Below, piece by piece: positions 9,590 through 19,220 of a stretch of DNA of 64,000 nt. The DNA is from a virus (Duplodnaviria; Caudoviricetes). Location: the IMG/VR virus record IMGVR_UViG_3300034520_000068, positions 1,732-65,731 of that record. One strand, 5' to 3'. The position numbers and the translations under genes are program-made. The first letter of the stretch is position 1. Each line of letters opens with the position of its first letter. The notes beneath the pieces were generated by a model. It saw only the letters and a program-made list of their open reading frames with translations, made no database searches and was not told the DNA's origin.

Positions 9590-10749
9590 CCTCCAACTCC
9601 AAACGCATTAATTAAGGCTTTCCATTTGCTTCTCCATATCTCTATATCAAAGCACTCCACGGCAATTTCACGATTGCGTTTGCCGAATTTCTCTCGTACA
9701 TCAGGATTTTTCGCAAGGTAGTCAATATACTGTCCTAAGTCCTCATGGTTCGGGTCGTAAACAATAGCATTATAGCCGTGTATAACTGCATCTCCCAAAC
9801 CTCCAACCGGTGTCGTTATAACGGGTAATCCGCTTGCCATACTCTCAAGCAGGGATAGGCTTAATCCTTCACAGGATATCGTCGGTATAACCGAAATATC
9901 TGCCTGCCGATAAACTTCCGGCATTTCGTCAGTTTCTTTATGCACAAACTTCACATTCTTTCTATCCGAATGTGCTTTAACAAAAGCCTGCTCTGCCTTT
10001 TCATCATGTGCCTGCCCTACAAGAGTAAAGTTATACTGCGGATAGCGCATGAAGGCTCTTGTAATTTCTGTACTGCCTCTTAATGCCGTCAATCTTCGGG
10101 GGAATAGCACGTTAATGTCTTCCCAATTTTTCTTTTCGGCAGGAGTGAATTTTTTTGTATCAACGTAATTGTAGATAATCTGTATCCGCTTTTCTGCACC
10201 CGGCTGTATGGCCTGTATAACTTTGCGGACATTGCTGTCCACGCTTACCACCACATCGGGAGCAGTAAAGCCATAAAGCTGTCGCTTAAAGAATTCTTTC
10301 CTATGTTCATCGGTAAGGTTATTGATTATGCTGTTGCCCTGAATATTGTCCCAGTATATGCCGTGAGAAATGGCAATGCAGGGGGAGGGAGCATAAGGGT
10401 ACGCTAAAAAAGTGGCGAAATAAATACGCATATCGTCAAGTGCCGACAACTCATTAAATTGCCAGTTAAGGTCAGTGCATGTGCTGTATTCCCAGCCACC
10501 GTTATTCGGTATCATCACAAACTTTATGCCTTTGTATTCTTTTGCAAATGGAGTATTAATGCCGTAAAAGGGTTGGTAGACCGTAACAATATGATTCATT
10601 GATTGGAGTAAGTGGCACAGGTCCATTAAATATCTTTCGGCTCCGCCAAAGATAATCTTATCTTTGCCCTTGACAGACTTGCCGTTAATCGTCCTTGTTA
10701 CTTCCTTGCAATCGTGAAAGAATGGTGATGTTAAGATAGCAATTCTCAC
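9586..10749 (-). CDS. Glycosyltransferase family 4 (GT-B)
   Basis: GGAERY, IYNYVD, EGLSLSLLESMASGLPVITTPVGG (EX7E). Confidence 0.92.
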   Translation of the reverse strand: MRIAILTSPFFHDCKEVTRTINGKSVKGKDKIIFGGAERYLMDLCHLLQSMNHIVTVYQPFYGINTPFAKEYKGIKFVMIPNNGGWEYSTCTDLNWQFNELSALDDMRIYFATFLAYPYAPSPCIAISHGIYWDNIQGNSIINNLTDEHRKEFFKRQLYGFTAPDVVVSVDSNVRKVIQAIQPGAEKRIQIIYNYVDTKKFTPAEKKNWEDINVLFPRRLTALRGSTEITRAFMRYPQYNFTLVGQAHDEKAEQAFVKAHSDRKNVKFVHKETDEMPEVYRQADISVIPTISCEGLSLSLLESMASGLPVITTPVGGLGDAVIHGYNAIVYDPNHEDLGQYIDYLAKNPDVREKFGKRNREIAVECFDIEIWRSKWKALINAFGVGG

Positions 10750-10769
10750 GCTTTGCGCCTCCTAAATTT

Positions 10770-10967
10770 TTATTTTGTTATAGTTTCAAGGCAATCAACC
10801 CATATGCCTCCAAAACGCTCCTGCTTTTTGCCGCATATAAGGCATCTTCGCTTATAAAACTTTGTTTTAGCATGATAAAGGCTTATTGCCCAGTAAGACC
10901 ATCGATGCAAGCCTATTTTGCATAATAAACGTCTGAACATTGGAATCGCCTGCCTTTCGCCTCCCAT
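10770..10967 (-). CDS. Small Cys/His protein
   Basis: LLCKIGLHRW...RCLICGK. Confidence 0.5.
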   Translation of the reverse strand: MGGERQAIPMFRRLLCKIGLHRWSYWAISLYHAKTKFYKRRCLICGKKQERFGGIWVDCLETITK

Positions 10968-11034
10968 ATCAAAAAAGATGTGCGCCGCACGTAGGAATGA
11001 GTGGGAGGCGCACCCCTATGCAAGTCCCCGTTAT

Positions 11035-11904
11035 TCACGGCGCACAAACTTTGTTGCTTGGTATTTTTATTACCTTATCTTCATCCCAACCATATTGCTT
11101 CAGTCTAGGTATGCATATTTCATTTATGTATTCTGCGGAAATATCTATGCCAATAAATTTTCTATTATTTAGCCATGCCATCTTACAAGTAGTTCCTGCC
11201 CCACACATGGGGTCCAAAACTATATCGCCAGGGTTACTCCACGATATGATATGGTCGGCGGCTAGTTGTTCGGGAAAGACAGCTGGGTGTTTATAAGCAT
11301 ATTCATCTTTGGTTACTTTCCATTTTCCTACACTGTAAAGCCATACATTACCCCTAACTCCATATTTTTTTATTGTTCTATTTGTTTTATTTTTAACTGC
11401 TGAACATGGTTTAAGTGTTCCATCTGGATTTCTATCAGTGCCTCTTATTTTTACACCATATGTTTTATTTGATTTATCAGCTATCAAATTAACAGTTTTA
11501 GGTTTACCCTTGCTAAATACAAACATGTATTCAAACATAGGATAATACCTATTTGTTTCAGGAAAAGGGCAAGCATCTTTCTGATATATCATAGTGTCGT
11601 GTAGATTGAAACCAATTTCTTTGAAATATAATGCTTGCCTGAAGCTTGTTCCAGTTTCACTTCCATTTATAGTTGCATCGCCGACAACCCAAACTACTAC
11701 GCCACCTCTTTTAATAATTCTGTATAATTCTTTAATCATAGCTTGATAATCAAATTCAAAACCGTTATAAGTTCTTAAATTATCATAAGGTGGGCTAGTA
11801 ATAGTTAAATCAATAAAATTATCCGGTATATTTTCACGCATAAATTTTACTGCTTCGCTTATGTAAAATTGATTCAATTCAAGCATTGAACCATTGCTCA
11901 CCAC
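11035..11904 (-). CDS. DNA N4-C/N6-A methyltransferase (beta class)
   Basis: TSPPY motif IV, then HPAVFP and VLDPMCGAGTT motif I. Confidence 0.92.
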   Translation of the reverse strand: MVSNGSMLELNQFYISEAVKFMRENIPDNFIDLTITSPPYDNLRTYNGFEFDYQAMIKELYRIIKRGGVVVWVVGDATINGSETGTSFRQALYFKEIGFNLHDTMIYQKDACPFPETNRYYPMFEYMFVFSKGKPKTVNLIADKSNKTYGVKIRGTDRNPDGTLKPCSAVKNKTNRTIKKYGVRGNVWLYSVGKWKVTKDEYAYKHPAVFPEQLAADHIISWSNPGDIVLDPMCGAGTTCKMAWLNNRKFIGIDISAEYINEICIPRLKQYGWDEDKVIKIPSNKVCAP

Positions 11905-11944
11905 CTTTTAAGTATGAGAAAAGGGCGGTGAGTGATTCCCGCCC

Positions 11945-13552
11945 TTATGCTATCTTGTCAATTCCGCCAATAAGCCCTACCCAGGGCAGCGCCATATCAG
12001 GCAACATAAAATCGGCAAAACAGAAATAGGCCGCACTGATATGGTCATCATGACCATCGTTGCTTCCGTTTTCATATTTTGTAGTTCCTGTGCTTCTTGT
12101 AATGCTGATATAGTCTTTGAATTGATTTTCAACTTCCTGCGACCACGGAATTTCGCAATATCTTTGCTCGATTATAACCGCAAGATTTTCAACAAGCCTT
12201 TCTTTGTTGTTTCCTTGTTCGTTTATCGGATTACATGGCACTCCACGCTTAGTTAATTGAGATTCGATTGTTTCACCAAGACCTGTTTTGCCAAAATTGC
12301 ATGAAGCACCATTGTATTTTCTTGAATAATATGCAATTCTGTCCCATTGGCCGTCCCAGCTCAAGCCGGCCATCGTCTCTATTTTAACAACACGTCCTTT
12401 ACTATTTCTAATCCATATAACAGGGTCGTCAACAGATTTGCCGGGGTCATATCCCATAGTGTATATTTCAAAAGGTTCCGGTTCGCTCCATGCATCTCTT
12501 TGCTCCTTCGGTAAATCCTCAAGTTTGACAAAACATCTGTCGATGTTCGGAAATACGGCATTGACGTTCGATATAAATTCTGCCAGATAATCCTGACGGT
12601 ATCTTTTATCCGACATTCTTCGAATCAAATTCTCTTTATAAGTTCTACCGTTTTTGGTTATCTGTTCACCACGTGCAGCCATAAGCGGATTGTCCCATGT
12701 GGTGAATCGCCAGCTTTCCCAATCGGGGTCCCAATCTGAAGTTCCTTTTTGTCCCCATTTCCACATCTTATAAAAGTAATTCATGCCTAAAGGGGAGGAA
12801 TTGATTAATGCAACACCGCCTTTGCCGTTTAATCCACGCCCCGGAGAATTCAAACGGCCTTCAAGATTCGCCCATACATCTTCGAGGTCGGCTATCCTTG
12901 CGGCTTCAGTAATAGTTACAATATCAAGGCCAACACCGACCAATGCTTCGGGGTCATATGCTGAATGTACTTCTATTATACCGCCGTTTATCGTTTCAAT
13001 CGTTCTTGTGGTCTTTGATACGTCAACAACGATTTCCTTCGGCAAATTGCCAAGTAATTCACGCCAATTCTGGTTTGCGATTCTGTCTGTAGGAGCAATT
13101 ATCCACCATAAGGCATGAGGAATAATGCTTGACGGTCTGTCCTCGTTTAAGCAGGCAATAAAGTACTTTATGCCTTCCATGATGGAGCATCTATCCTTGC
13201 CCCACCTGATTCCCGCCGCAATAACCTTAAATCTTGCATTGCTCTCATGCACCAATTTTTGTCCCCAATGCGGCTCATATTCGACGGCAATGTTCAGACC
13301 GCCTCTGACATTTTGCATACGGCATTGAGGACAAGTGCGAAAGGAAGTATAAGCATCATACTCAGGGCGGTATACCTGCGAGAACGGTTTTCCACATTGT
13401 TGACAAATAGAAACTCTATCGCTCGTTGAATGTTTTATAAGCTTTTCATTTTTTTGAGTGATTATGCTTACAGAACCGCCTTTTCGAGGCATAAGACCAC
13501 CACCAATAAAAACCCCGTCATTCATTCCTCGTAATATAATATTTGTCCGCAT
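11945..13552 (-). CDS. terL: Terminase large subunit (N-terminal CxxC..CxxC)
   Basis: AAGIRWGK Walker A, ITEAA Walker B, SSPLG.N.FY, GYDPG and HDDH nuclease motifs; likely start ATG 13492. Confidence 0.9.
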   Translation of the reverse strand: MRTNIILRGMNDGVFIGGGLMPRKGGSVSIITQKNEKLIKHSTSDRVSICQQCGKPFSQVYRPEYDAYTSFRTCPQCRMQNVRGGLNIAVEYEPHWGQKLVHESNARFKVIAAGIRWGKDRCSIMEGIKYFIACLNEDRPSSIIPHALWWIIAPTDRIANQNWRELLGNLPKEIVVDVSKTTRTIETINGGIIEVHSAYDPEALVGVGLDIVTITEAARIADLEDVWANLEGRLNSPGRGLNGKGGVALINSSPLGMNYFYKMWKWGQKGTSDWDPDWESWRFTTWDNPLMAARGEQITKNGRTYKENLIRRMSDKRYRQDYLAEFISNVNAVFPNIDRCFVKLEDLPKEQRDAWSEPEPFEIYTMGYDPGKSVDDPVIWIRNSKGRVVKIETMAGLSWDGQWDRIAYYSRKYNGASCNFGKTGLGETIESQLTKRGVPCNPINEQGNNKERLVENLAVIIEQRYCEIPWSQEVENQFKDYISITRSTGTTKYENGSNDGHDDHISAAYFCFADFMLPDMALPWVGLIGGIDKIA

Positions 13553-13683
13553 TTAGGGCAAGCTACAACATCATGGTAACTTCCATCATCTTCAACCACA
13601 ATGTCATAATCAAGTTCATCATTAGGACACCTACAATATGGGCAATTATCATGGAAATTCCATAATAAATATTTATCATCCAT
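13522..13683 (-). CDS. Small zinc-ribbon protein (not in ORF track)
   Basis: MDDKYLLW...CPYC...CPKCGQILYYEE, 53 aa. Confidence 0.5.
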   Translation of the reverse strand: MDDKYLLWNFHDNCPYCRCPNDELDYDIVVEDDGSYHDVVACPKCGQILYYEE

Positions 13684-13911
13684 AAACTCACATCCATTTT
13701 TTTATACAAGGCCAGCCCCGCCCTGCTGATAAAATGCCTTGTCATACCCGCCTGTAAACAGGCACGCCAAAAATCTTTATAGCAATTCCAAAAAAATCGC
13801 ACACAACATGCAAAATGATGCTATATCGAATCTATCCCTGATAACGCAAACAATAGATGCAATTAAGCTTAAAAGAATAAGTATATAACGAATAATCATC
13901 TTGACCCTCCC

Positions 13912-14844
13912 TTAATAATCATTCTTCCGGGCAATAAAAAACGGCACGAATTCGGATTTAAACCGTTCAACCGTGCCATCCTTGCCAATATGCACTTCTA
14001 CAATCCAGCCGCCAATCTTCGGCATTATCCCTTTACGTTTCAAAAATGGTGTTTGCCCCTCAAAGCATCCGCATTGCAATATATGTATATTTCGTTCGAA
14101 TAAATATTCTGACTGGTGCCAATGGCCCAATAGCATAATGTTTGGTTTATCGCCGCCGATAAATCCTGCCGCTATTTTCTGTGGCTTGTAACTCACGGCA
14201 TAGGCTTGTCCGGAATCTGGATGAAGTAAATATATCCTTGTATTTTCGCCTATCTTCACCCATGCAGCCCACTTCCCTAGATAATTTAGGTCCGGCCTTT
14301 TGAGTGATATTTTCTCCCCCGGGTCCACGCCACGGCTTTTGTAATAGGATAGGTCGTGATTTCCGGTGATGAAATGTGTTGTTATTCCCGGCCTTGATGG
14401 ATATTTGTCTATGATATAATCTACCTGATTATCAAATCCCACATTGAATATTTCGTATATCTGCCCCGAATACATTCCCTCACCTGCTGTAATGTCGCCA
14501 GCGTGGTAAACATCGCTGACACCCTCCGCCGCAAATATATCATACATTCGGTTCAGGTGAGTGAGTTGTTGCTCTCGTGAGTTCAAGTGAGTATCACTAA
14601 CCACACCGAATTTGTATGTCCGGCTTTGGGTAAAATCGTATTCCTTATCTTCGGGAGGGGGTAATGGCCTTTGTCGCTGGTCGATTTTCTTTTTCTTTTT
14701 ATCTATGTTCCTTACCGCTGTCCGTATTGTTTGGTCGGGCTTGTTTTTAAGGTCCGGAAATTGTGTTCTGATTTCATCGTATAATTCTGTCCAACTCAAG
14801 CCTTCTTCTCGTTTCAGCCTCCAAGCTTCTTCTCTCCAGTTCAT
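13912..14844 (-). CDS. Calcineurin-like metallophosphoesterase with N-terminal HTH-like segment
   Basis: SDTH, HAGD, GNHD, GHWH motifs. Confidence 0.88.
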   Translation of the reverse strand: MNWREEAWRLKREEGLSWTELYDEIRTQFPDLKNKPDQTIRTAVRNIDKKKKKIDQRQRPLPPPEDKEYDFTQSRTYKFGVVSDTHLNSREQQLTHLNRMYDIFAAEGVSDVYHAGDITAGEGMYSGQIYEIFNVGFDNQVDYIIDKYPSRPGITTHFITGNHDLSYYKSRGVDPGEKISLKRPDLNYLGKWAAWVKIGENTRIYLLHPDSGQAYAVSYKPQKIAAGFIGGDKPNIMLLGHWHQSEYLFERNIHILQCGCFEGQTPFLKRKGIMPKIGGWIVEVHIGKDGTVERFKSEFVPFFIARKNDY

Positions 14845-14859
14845 CTACCCACCTCGCTT

Positions 14860-15261
14860 TTAGCAATACATAGCTACAATATAGTCCAATGCATCTTCCA
14901 AAGTTTCAAAATGCTTTGTTACATGCGCCTTTATCCATACACTTTCGTTGTATTCAGCCCTGCCCCACGTTATCACGGGCTTCCCTTTCATGGCGGCATA
15001 TACTATTTCGCCTATGGTGCCGGGAGAAGGCTCCCGGTAATCCATCTCTGCCAGGATTATATCGGATTTATCTATGTAATATTTGTTTCGTATAACGATT
15101 TCCTGTGGCTCGTATTGGCCGTTTATGTCAAATCCTTCTAAGGGATTATGTGCTTTAATTCCCACCCGAAGTAAACTAAAAATGGCTTTCACACGCCATT
15201 TGCTCGCTTCGGCCTGAGTTAAGCCGGATATTTTACCTGCAAGATATATCAGCATCGACAT
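14860..15261 (-). CDS. Nucleoside 2-deoxyribosyltransferase-like protein
   Basis: IYLAG, SDIILA, S.GT..E..YA...GKPV. Confidence 0.8.
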   Translation of the reverse strand: MSMLIYLAGKISGLTQAEASKWRVKAIFSLLRVGIKAHNPLEGFDINGQYEPQEIVIRNKYYIDKSDIILAEMDYREPSPGTIGEIVYAAMKGKPVITWGRAEYNESVWIKAHVTKHFETLEDALDYIVAMYC

Positions 15262-15577
15262 CCTCCTTTAACGGTAATGTAAATGTCCCTTTCCGTAGCA
15301 TGAGGGCTATAATTGCATAATTGGCGGCATCTCTCCACGTATCGTCAAGGCTTTCATTTTTAGGCTCTTTTTTGCCCAACAGGTTCTTGAGCCTTGCCAC
15401 CTTATCATTAAGCCTCACCAATACGCCGTATTCGCCAAAGTCCATTATGTTCCGGTGCCCGTAATCCCTTTGTTTGTTTATCATCAGTTCTCGAAGTTCG
15501 GCCATGACTTCATCAACGGCATCCTCGAAGGTTTTATGGCCTTTGGGTATTGGTGGTAACATCAATTTTCTTTCCAT
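15233..15577 (-). CDS. DUF1599 / nucleotide-modification-associated domain protein
   Basis: K..DYG, R..DK..RL, ES..DT..D.ANYAII. Confidence 0.8.
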   Translation of the reverse strand: MERKLMLPPIPKGHKTFEDAVDEVMAELRELMINKQRDYGHRNIMDFGEYGVLVRLNDKVARLKNLLGKKEPKNESLDDTWRDAANYAIIALMLRKGTFTLPLKEDVDADISCR

Positions 15578-15618
15578 GATAATCCGCCTCCTGTATTATT
15601 TAAAATTAGCCTTATTCA

Positions 15619-15861
15619 TCATTCCTTAACAATCAATTTATCTGCCAGCAGTTCCAATAGCTTCTTGATAAAAGCCTTATCATCCTGACTGTCCATACAT
15701 TCACTATACCCTGATAATTCGCCATCTTCTTTTATGATTGTATATTCACCAAAACCTATATCCGAAGACCAAAGGATTTTAAAACCTTTATTAAAAAATT
15801 CAAGGTCATCGATTTGCAAATTGATTTTATTTACATCATGCTTGCGTGGCATATAAATCAC
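15619..15861 (-). CDS. Hypothetical protein
   Basis: 80 aa ORF in operon. Confidence 0.55.
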   Translation of the reverse strand: MIYMPRKHDVNKINLQIDDLEFFNKGFKILWSSDIGFGEYTIIKEDGELSGYSECMDSQDDKAFIKKLLELLADKLIVKE

Positions 15862-15876
15862 CTTTTTAAAATATTT

Positions 15877-16239
15877 TTATGGTTTCACCTCAACATATTT
15901 GTTTTGCTTTGTGTCGTAGTATTCAATCTTAAGATTCTCCGGCCTCATATCTTCTTCGACTTTTTGCTCTATATCTGCATATAAGCCTAATCGCTTTGCG
16001 CACTCTATTTTGTACCACTTCTGAAATTCAGGTGTTTTAATAAGCCGTTCAAAGGCTTTCTTTTTGTTTTGCATTTGGCTTCGTTCTTCTCTGCTTTCTC
16101 CAACTGCTCCGCTGGCTATATGTATCATTCTTACCCCTGTTTCTACTTTGTTTTGGTTTTGGCCGCCTTTGCCACCACTTCGAAAAGTATCTATGCGAAA
16201 ATCTTTTTTGGTTATGGAAAACAATAATTCCCTTGACAC
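15877..16239 (-). CDS. Release-factor-like peptidyl-tRNA hydrolase domain protein (GGQ)
   Basis: FRSGGKGGQNQNKVETGVR..H..SG......ERSQ.QNK..A..RL; no stop-codon recognition domains. Confidence 0.88.
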   Translation of the reverse strand: MSRELLFSITKKDFRIDTFRSGGKGGQNQNKVETGVRMIHIASGAVGESREERSQMQNKKKAFERLIKTPEFQKWYKIECAKRLGLYADIEQKVEEDMRPENLKIEYYDTKQNKYVEVKP

Positions 16240-16242
16240 GGT

Positions 16243-16659
16243 TTATTCCTCCATTTTCTTATAAAGCCATTTATTATCAATGCCGATGAATACTTTTCTT
16301 ATCCATTCAGGGTCCGAAGTTTTGTTTATTAGCCTCTGGAATTCTTTGTCATCTTTTAATACGTGCTCCCAAAATATACTAAAAAGTATATGCTGGTGGA
16401 ATATAAATACCTGTATGAATGCATCCCAAAAGCTGTTTTTCTCAAAACCTAGTTCTTTTATGAATATTCGCCACGTTTGTTTAAGTAAGCCGCTCCAATA
16501 TGAGGCTAGAGTAATGAAGTTAATCTTATCGTCCACGGTAAATTCATAATCAGAATAAAGGTATTTAACAAAAGCCTCATAGCAGTTTTCATATAATCCC
16601 GGCATATCTGGAATAAAATTTTGGGAGAAATATTGATTAATGATTCCTACTTCATCCAT
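16243..16659 (-). CDS. Hypothetical protein
   Basis: True start MDEVGI after AGGAG; the longer ORF call overlaps the tRNA. Confidence 0.6.
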   Translation of the reverse strand: MDEVGIINQYFSQNFIPDMPGLYENCYEAFVKYLYSDYEFTVDDKINFITLASYWSGLLKQTWRIFIKELGFEKNSFWDAFIQVFIFHQHILFSIFWEHVLKDDKEFQRLINKTSDPEWIRKVFIGIDNKWLYKKMEE

Positions 16660-16674
16660 AATCTGCTCCTTTTT

Positions 16675-16748
16675 TGGCTTCAGGGGAAGGAATCGAACCT
16701 CCATCGCAAGGTCCAAAGCCTTGTGTCCTACCTTTAGACGACCCTGAA
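16675..16748 (-). tRNA. tRNA-Gln (TTG)
   Basis: Acceptor TTCAGGG/CCCTGAA, anticodon arm CAAGG-CTTTGGA-CCTTG, T arm GGAGG-TTCGATT-CCTTC, encoded CCA. Confidence 0.95.
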
Positions 16749-16754
16749 AGGCAC

Positions 16755-17312
16755 TCAATCCTTAGAATGGTCAATCTGAATAGCTCCCTGCACAACACCG
16801 CTTGATTTAAACATAAAATTGATTTTCGTCTTTTTCTTCGTTCCGAATTCATCGACAACATTCGGATTCATCAAGTTTCTAAGTGTATTAGTCAACCTTT
16901 CTGCGGCTTCGGCCATCATCTTCATGTCTGAAGGCGTTTTAATTCTTTTGGTTACTTGCTCAATAACATCTGCGTCTCCTACGGCTTCTATGATTTTGTC
17001 GATAGAATCTATGGTCTTATTTGCGGCATCAAGTTTCTTGTTATCGACGATGAGTTCCATTTGTTGCCGTTTTACTGCTAATTTTTGCTTATTTAACTCC
17101 ACTAATGATTCGATTTCATTTATAATCTGGACCTTTTGTTCGGTTTCACTCTCGGGAGTTATAAGAGGTGTCTGTTGCAGCAGGGGATTGAAAGGCAACA
17201 ATGTATTTTCGGCCTCTTTCGGTTGTTCCTGTGCAGTCTGCGGCTTTGTTATTGGCTTTTGTTCCTTCGCATTTGCCGTTTTTTTAGATTTGTTTGACGC
17301 CATTATCACCAC
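16755..17312 (-). CDS. Helical hypothetical protein, possible terminase small subunit
   Basis: Upstream of terL cluster; helical core with C-terminal beta strand. Assignment is inference. Confidence 0.3.
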   Translation of the reverse strand: MVIMASNKSKKTANAKEQKPITKPQTAQEQPKEAENTLLPFNPLLQQTPLITPESETEQKVQIINEIESLVELNKQKLAVKRQQMELIVDNKKLDAANKTIDSIDKIIEAVGDADVIEQVTKRIKTPSDMKMMAEAAERLTNTLRNLMNPNVVDEFGTKKKTKINFMFKSSGVVQGAIQIDHSKD

Positions 17313-17751
17313 CGCCTAAAAACTGAGGCCGACGCTGTATAAACTCTCGCATTGCCACAGCAATCATGTCTCTATATGTGTATTTAATGGCCGATATTGC
17401 GTTCCCGTTGTCTACAACCTTCTTAAATTCTTCGTATAGGGTTTTGTCTATTGGTATATTTATATTGACAAGGTTTGGATTGTTCTTCCATTTCGGCGGC
17501 CTTCCGGGGCTTACCTTTGGAGGTTTGCCTTTTTTCTTCCAATAATCGTAGTGGCTTTTCAGTATGCCGTATTGCTTACGCATGTCGCCTTTCTCAAATT
17601 CTTTGAATAAATGAGCTATAGGTTTTAGCTTTTCTATTCCGGCTATACCGGCAAGACCTTCTTCACCGACCGCTCGCTTTGCAGTGCCTGTCGGTATGCC
17701 TTCCCACTTGCATATATCGAAGTAGTTATAATAATTTTTGGGTAAAGCCAT
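17284..17751 (-). CDS. Hypothetical DNA-binding protein (C-terminal ribbon-helix-helix-like)
   Basis: GRPPK then NINIPIDKTLYEEFK...IAVAMREFI. Confidence 0.5.
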   Translation of the reverse strand: MALPKNYYNYFDICKWEGIPTGTAKRAVGEEGLAGIAGIEKLKPIAHLFKEFEKGDMRKQYGILKSHYDYWKKKGKPPKVSPGRPPKWKNNPNLVNINIPIDKTLYEEFKKVVDNGNAISAIKYTYRDMIAVAMREFIQRRPQFLGGGDNGVKQI

Positions 17752-17776
17752 AATTTAACGCCTCCGATGGGAAAAA

Positions 17777-18040
17777 TTACTTATTTACAACAGCCCTAAA
17801 ATTTCCTCTGCGAATACTGGCCGCATATTCCGCATATTCTTTTTTTGCGGTTTCCGATGGCTTACAGATTAGATATGAGCCGTCATTATTCTTGTTGAAA
17901 TTCTCTGGCTTCATTTCTTCATCGTATGTTTGAATATACATATTCACAGTGCCGATTACGATTTTGTTTTCATATATGTAATTTACGAAAGCATCGGCAA
18001 TTCTTTCCGGGGTCAAGCCTTTGTCGAATTTAATTCTCAT
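17777..18040 (-). CDS. Hypothetical protein
   Basis: 87 aa, coupled to neighbour. Confidence 0.55.
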   Translation of the reverse strand: MRIKFDKGLTPERIADAFVNYIYENKIVIGTVNMYIQTYDEEMKPENFNKNNDGSYLICKPSETAKKEYAEYAASIRRGNFRAVVNK

Positions 18041-18596
18041 GTGGAGCGACCCCTTTCCGGATAAATTTAGGATTGAAAAAGTAAGCCTTTTTTTTGTTGT
18101 TATAATGCATTATACCTAGTTCGGCAAGCTCTTTGATGATTGAAGTCACCTTCGATTCGCTAACATTTAAAAAAGCCGACAACATGCTTTTTGTCATCGA
18201 CTTTCCGTCCCGCTTCCTGTAAATTCTGCCGGTATTCCATTCTATGTAGTCAACCAGTTTTAAAATCATTCCTGCCGCATCAAGCGAAATGCTTTTTTTG
18301 TTCAATTCTTTTATAGCATTAGGCATTAGCATGACATATAAAGGCTTTCCGCCAGTCCCTTTGGGTTTTACAACTTCGAATATATATTCCTCAGTATTTG
18401 CGGCATTTTCAACACATTTAACTCTATATTTTTTAGCCATTTTCTTACTGTTCCACAACGCATAAATGGGCTTTTCGCACTCAGGCAAGGCCACAATTAT
18501 AAACTCCGAATTACCAGAACGCTCCCGACCCAAAATCAGTTCATCTTTTACTACATTACGGAATCCGCTTAGATATTCCATCATTTCTTTTTTCAT
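18030..18596 (-). CDS. Winged-helix protein (RepL-like C-terminus)
   Basis: LSAFLNVSESKV...IKEL.E.GI......YFFNP.F..KG. Confidence 0.55.
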   Translation of the reverse strand: MKKEMMEYLSGFRNVVKDELILGRERSGNSEFIIVALPECEKPIYALWNSKKMAKKYRVKCVENAANTEEYIFEVVKPKGTGGKPLYVMLMPNAIKELNKKSISLDAAGMILKLVDYIEWNTGRIYRKRDGKSMTKSMLSAFLNVSESKVTSIIKELAELGIMHYNNKKKAYFFNPKFIRKGVAPHEN

Positions 18597-18775
18597 TTTT
18601 TCACCGCCCTGCTACATAACCTGCGACTTATCGAAAAAGGGTGGGTATTAAAATTTAATATGGTCAAAATTGCCCTCTAACCCTTGATACATATAAGCTA
18701 AACCCTATTTTGATATGTAATTTAGTTTATATGGTATTCCTCTAGGGTCCTTTTCTGGGTATTCCTTTTAAGCCC

Positions 18776-18814
18776 AAAAACAAAAAACGCCTTCGGTTTC
18801 ACCAAAGACGTTTT
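18776..18814 (-). terminator. Intrinsic terminator ending the structured leader
   Basis: AAAACGTCTTTGGT-GAA-ACCGAAGGCGTTTT followed by T-tract. Confidence 0.75.
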
Positions 18815-18819
18815 GGATA

Positions 18820-19070
18820 TGCTCAAGCCCCACATATTCGTGCTATGCGGGGCGTGCTTGTAAAATGTCCTGCCCTGGTCCGCTTCACATGGATTCGTAC
18901 CCATGCATCGAGAGGCGTGGCAGGCTCTGTTTTAAAGCCGCCCTATATGTCATCGCCTGTGTCATGGATTCACAGCACTCATATAGTGGCGGCCAACCCG
19001 TATGGGTTAATTCTCTGGAGCTGCGGGGCTTTCGCCAGCGGTCGCTAAGGGCAACCTGCCGCAGCCTGGA
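18820..19070 (-). ncRNA. Series of GC-rich structured RNA modules
   Basis: Stems GCTGCGG/CCGCAGC (3-way junction), GGCCGCC-CTATATG/CATATAG-GGCGGCT, CCTGCC/GGCAGG, GCCCCGCATA/TATGTGGGGC; no credible ORF. Confidence 0.55.
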
Positions 19071-19080
19071 AAGTATCTGC

Positions 19081-19214
19081 ATTGGCGGGCCGGTCCTGCC
19101 CCGGCTCCCGTCGTGCCCCTCTAACCCGATATTAGTCAACGGTTCTTAGCGTCGGGTGAGGCAAGTTTCCTTTTTTTTCGCGCTGTGCGTGTCATCTCGC
19201 CACGCCGCCGCCAA
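19081..19214 (-). ncRNA. tRNA-like element B (134 nt)
   Basis: Acceptor-like TTGGCGG/CCGCCAA, D-like GCGTG/CACGC, T-like GCCGG-GGCAGGA-CCGGC, long insert instead of anticodon arm. Confidence 0.6.
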
Positions 19215-19220
19215 CTTATT

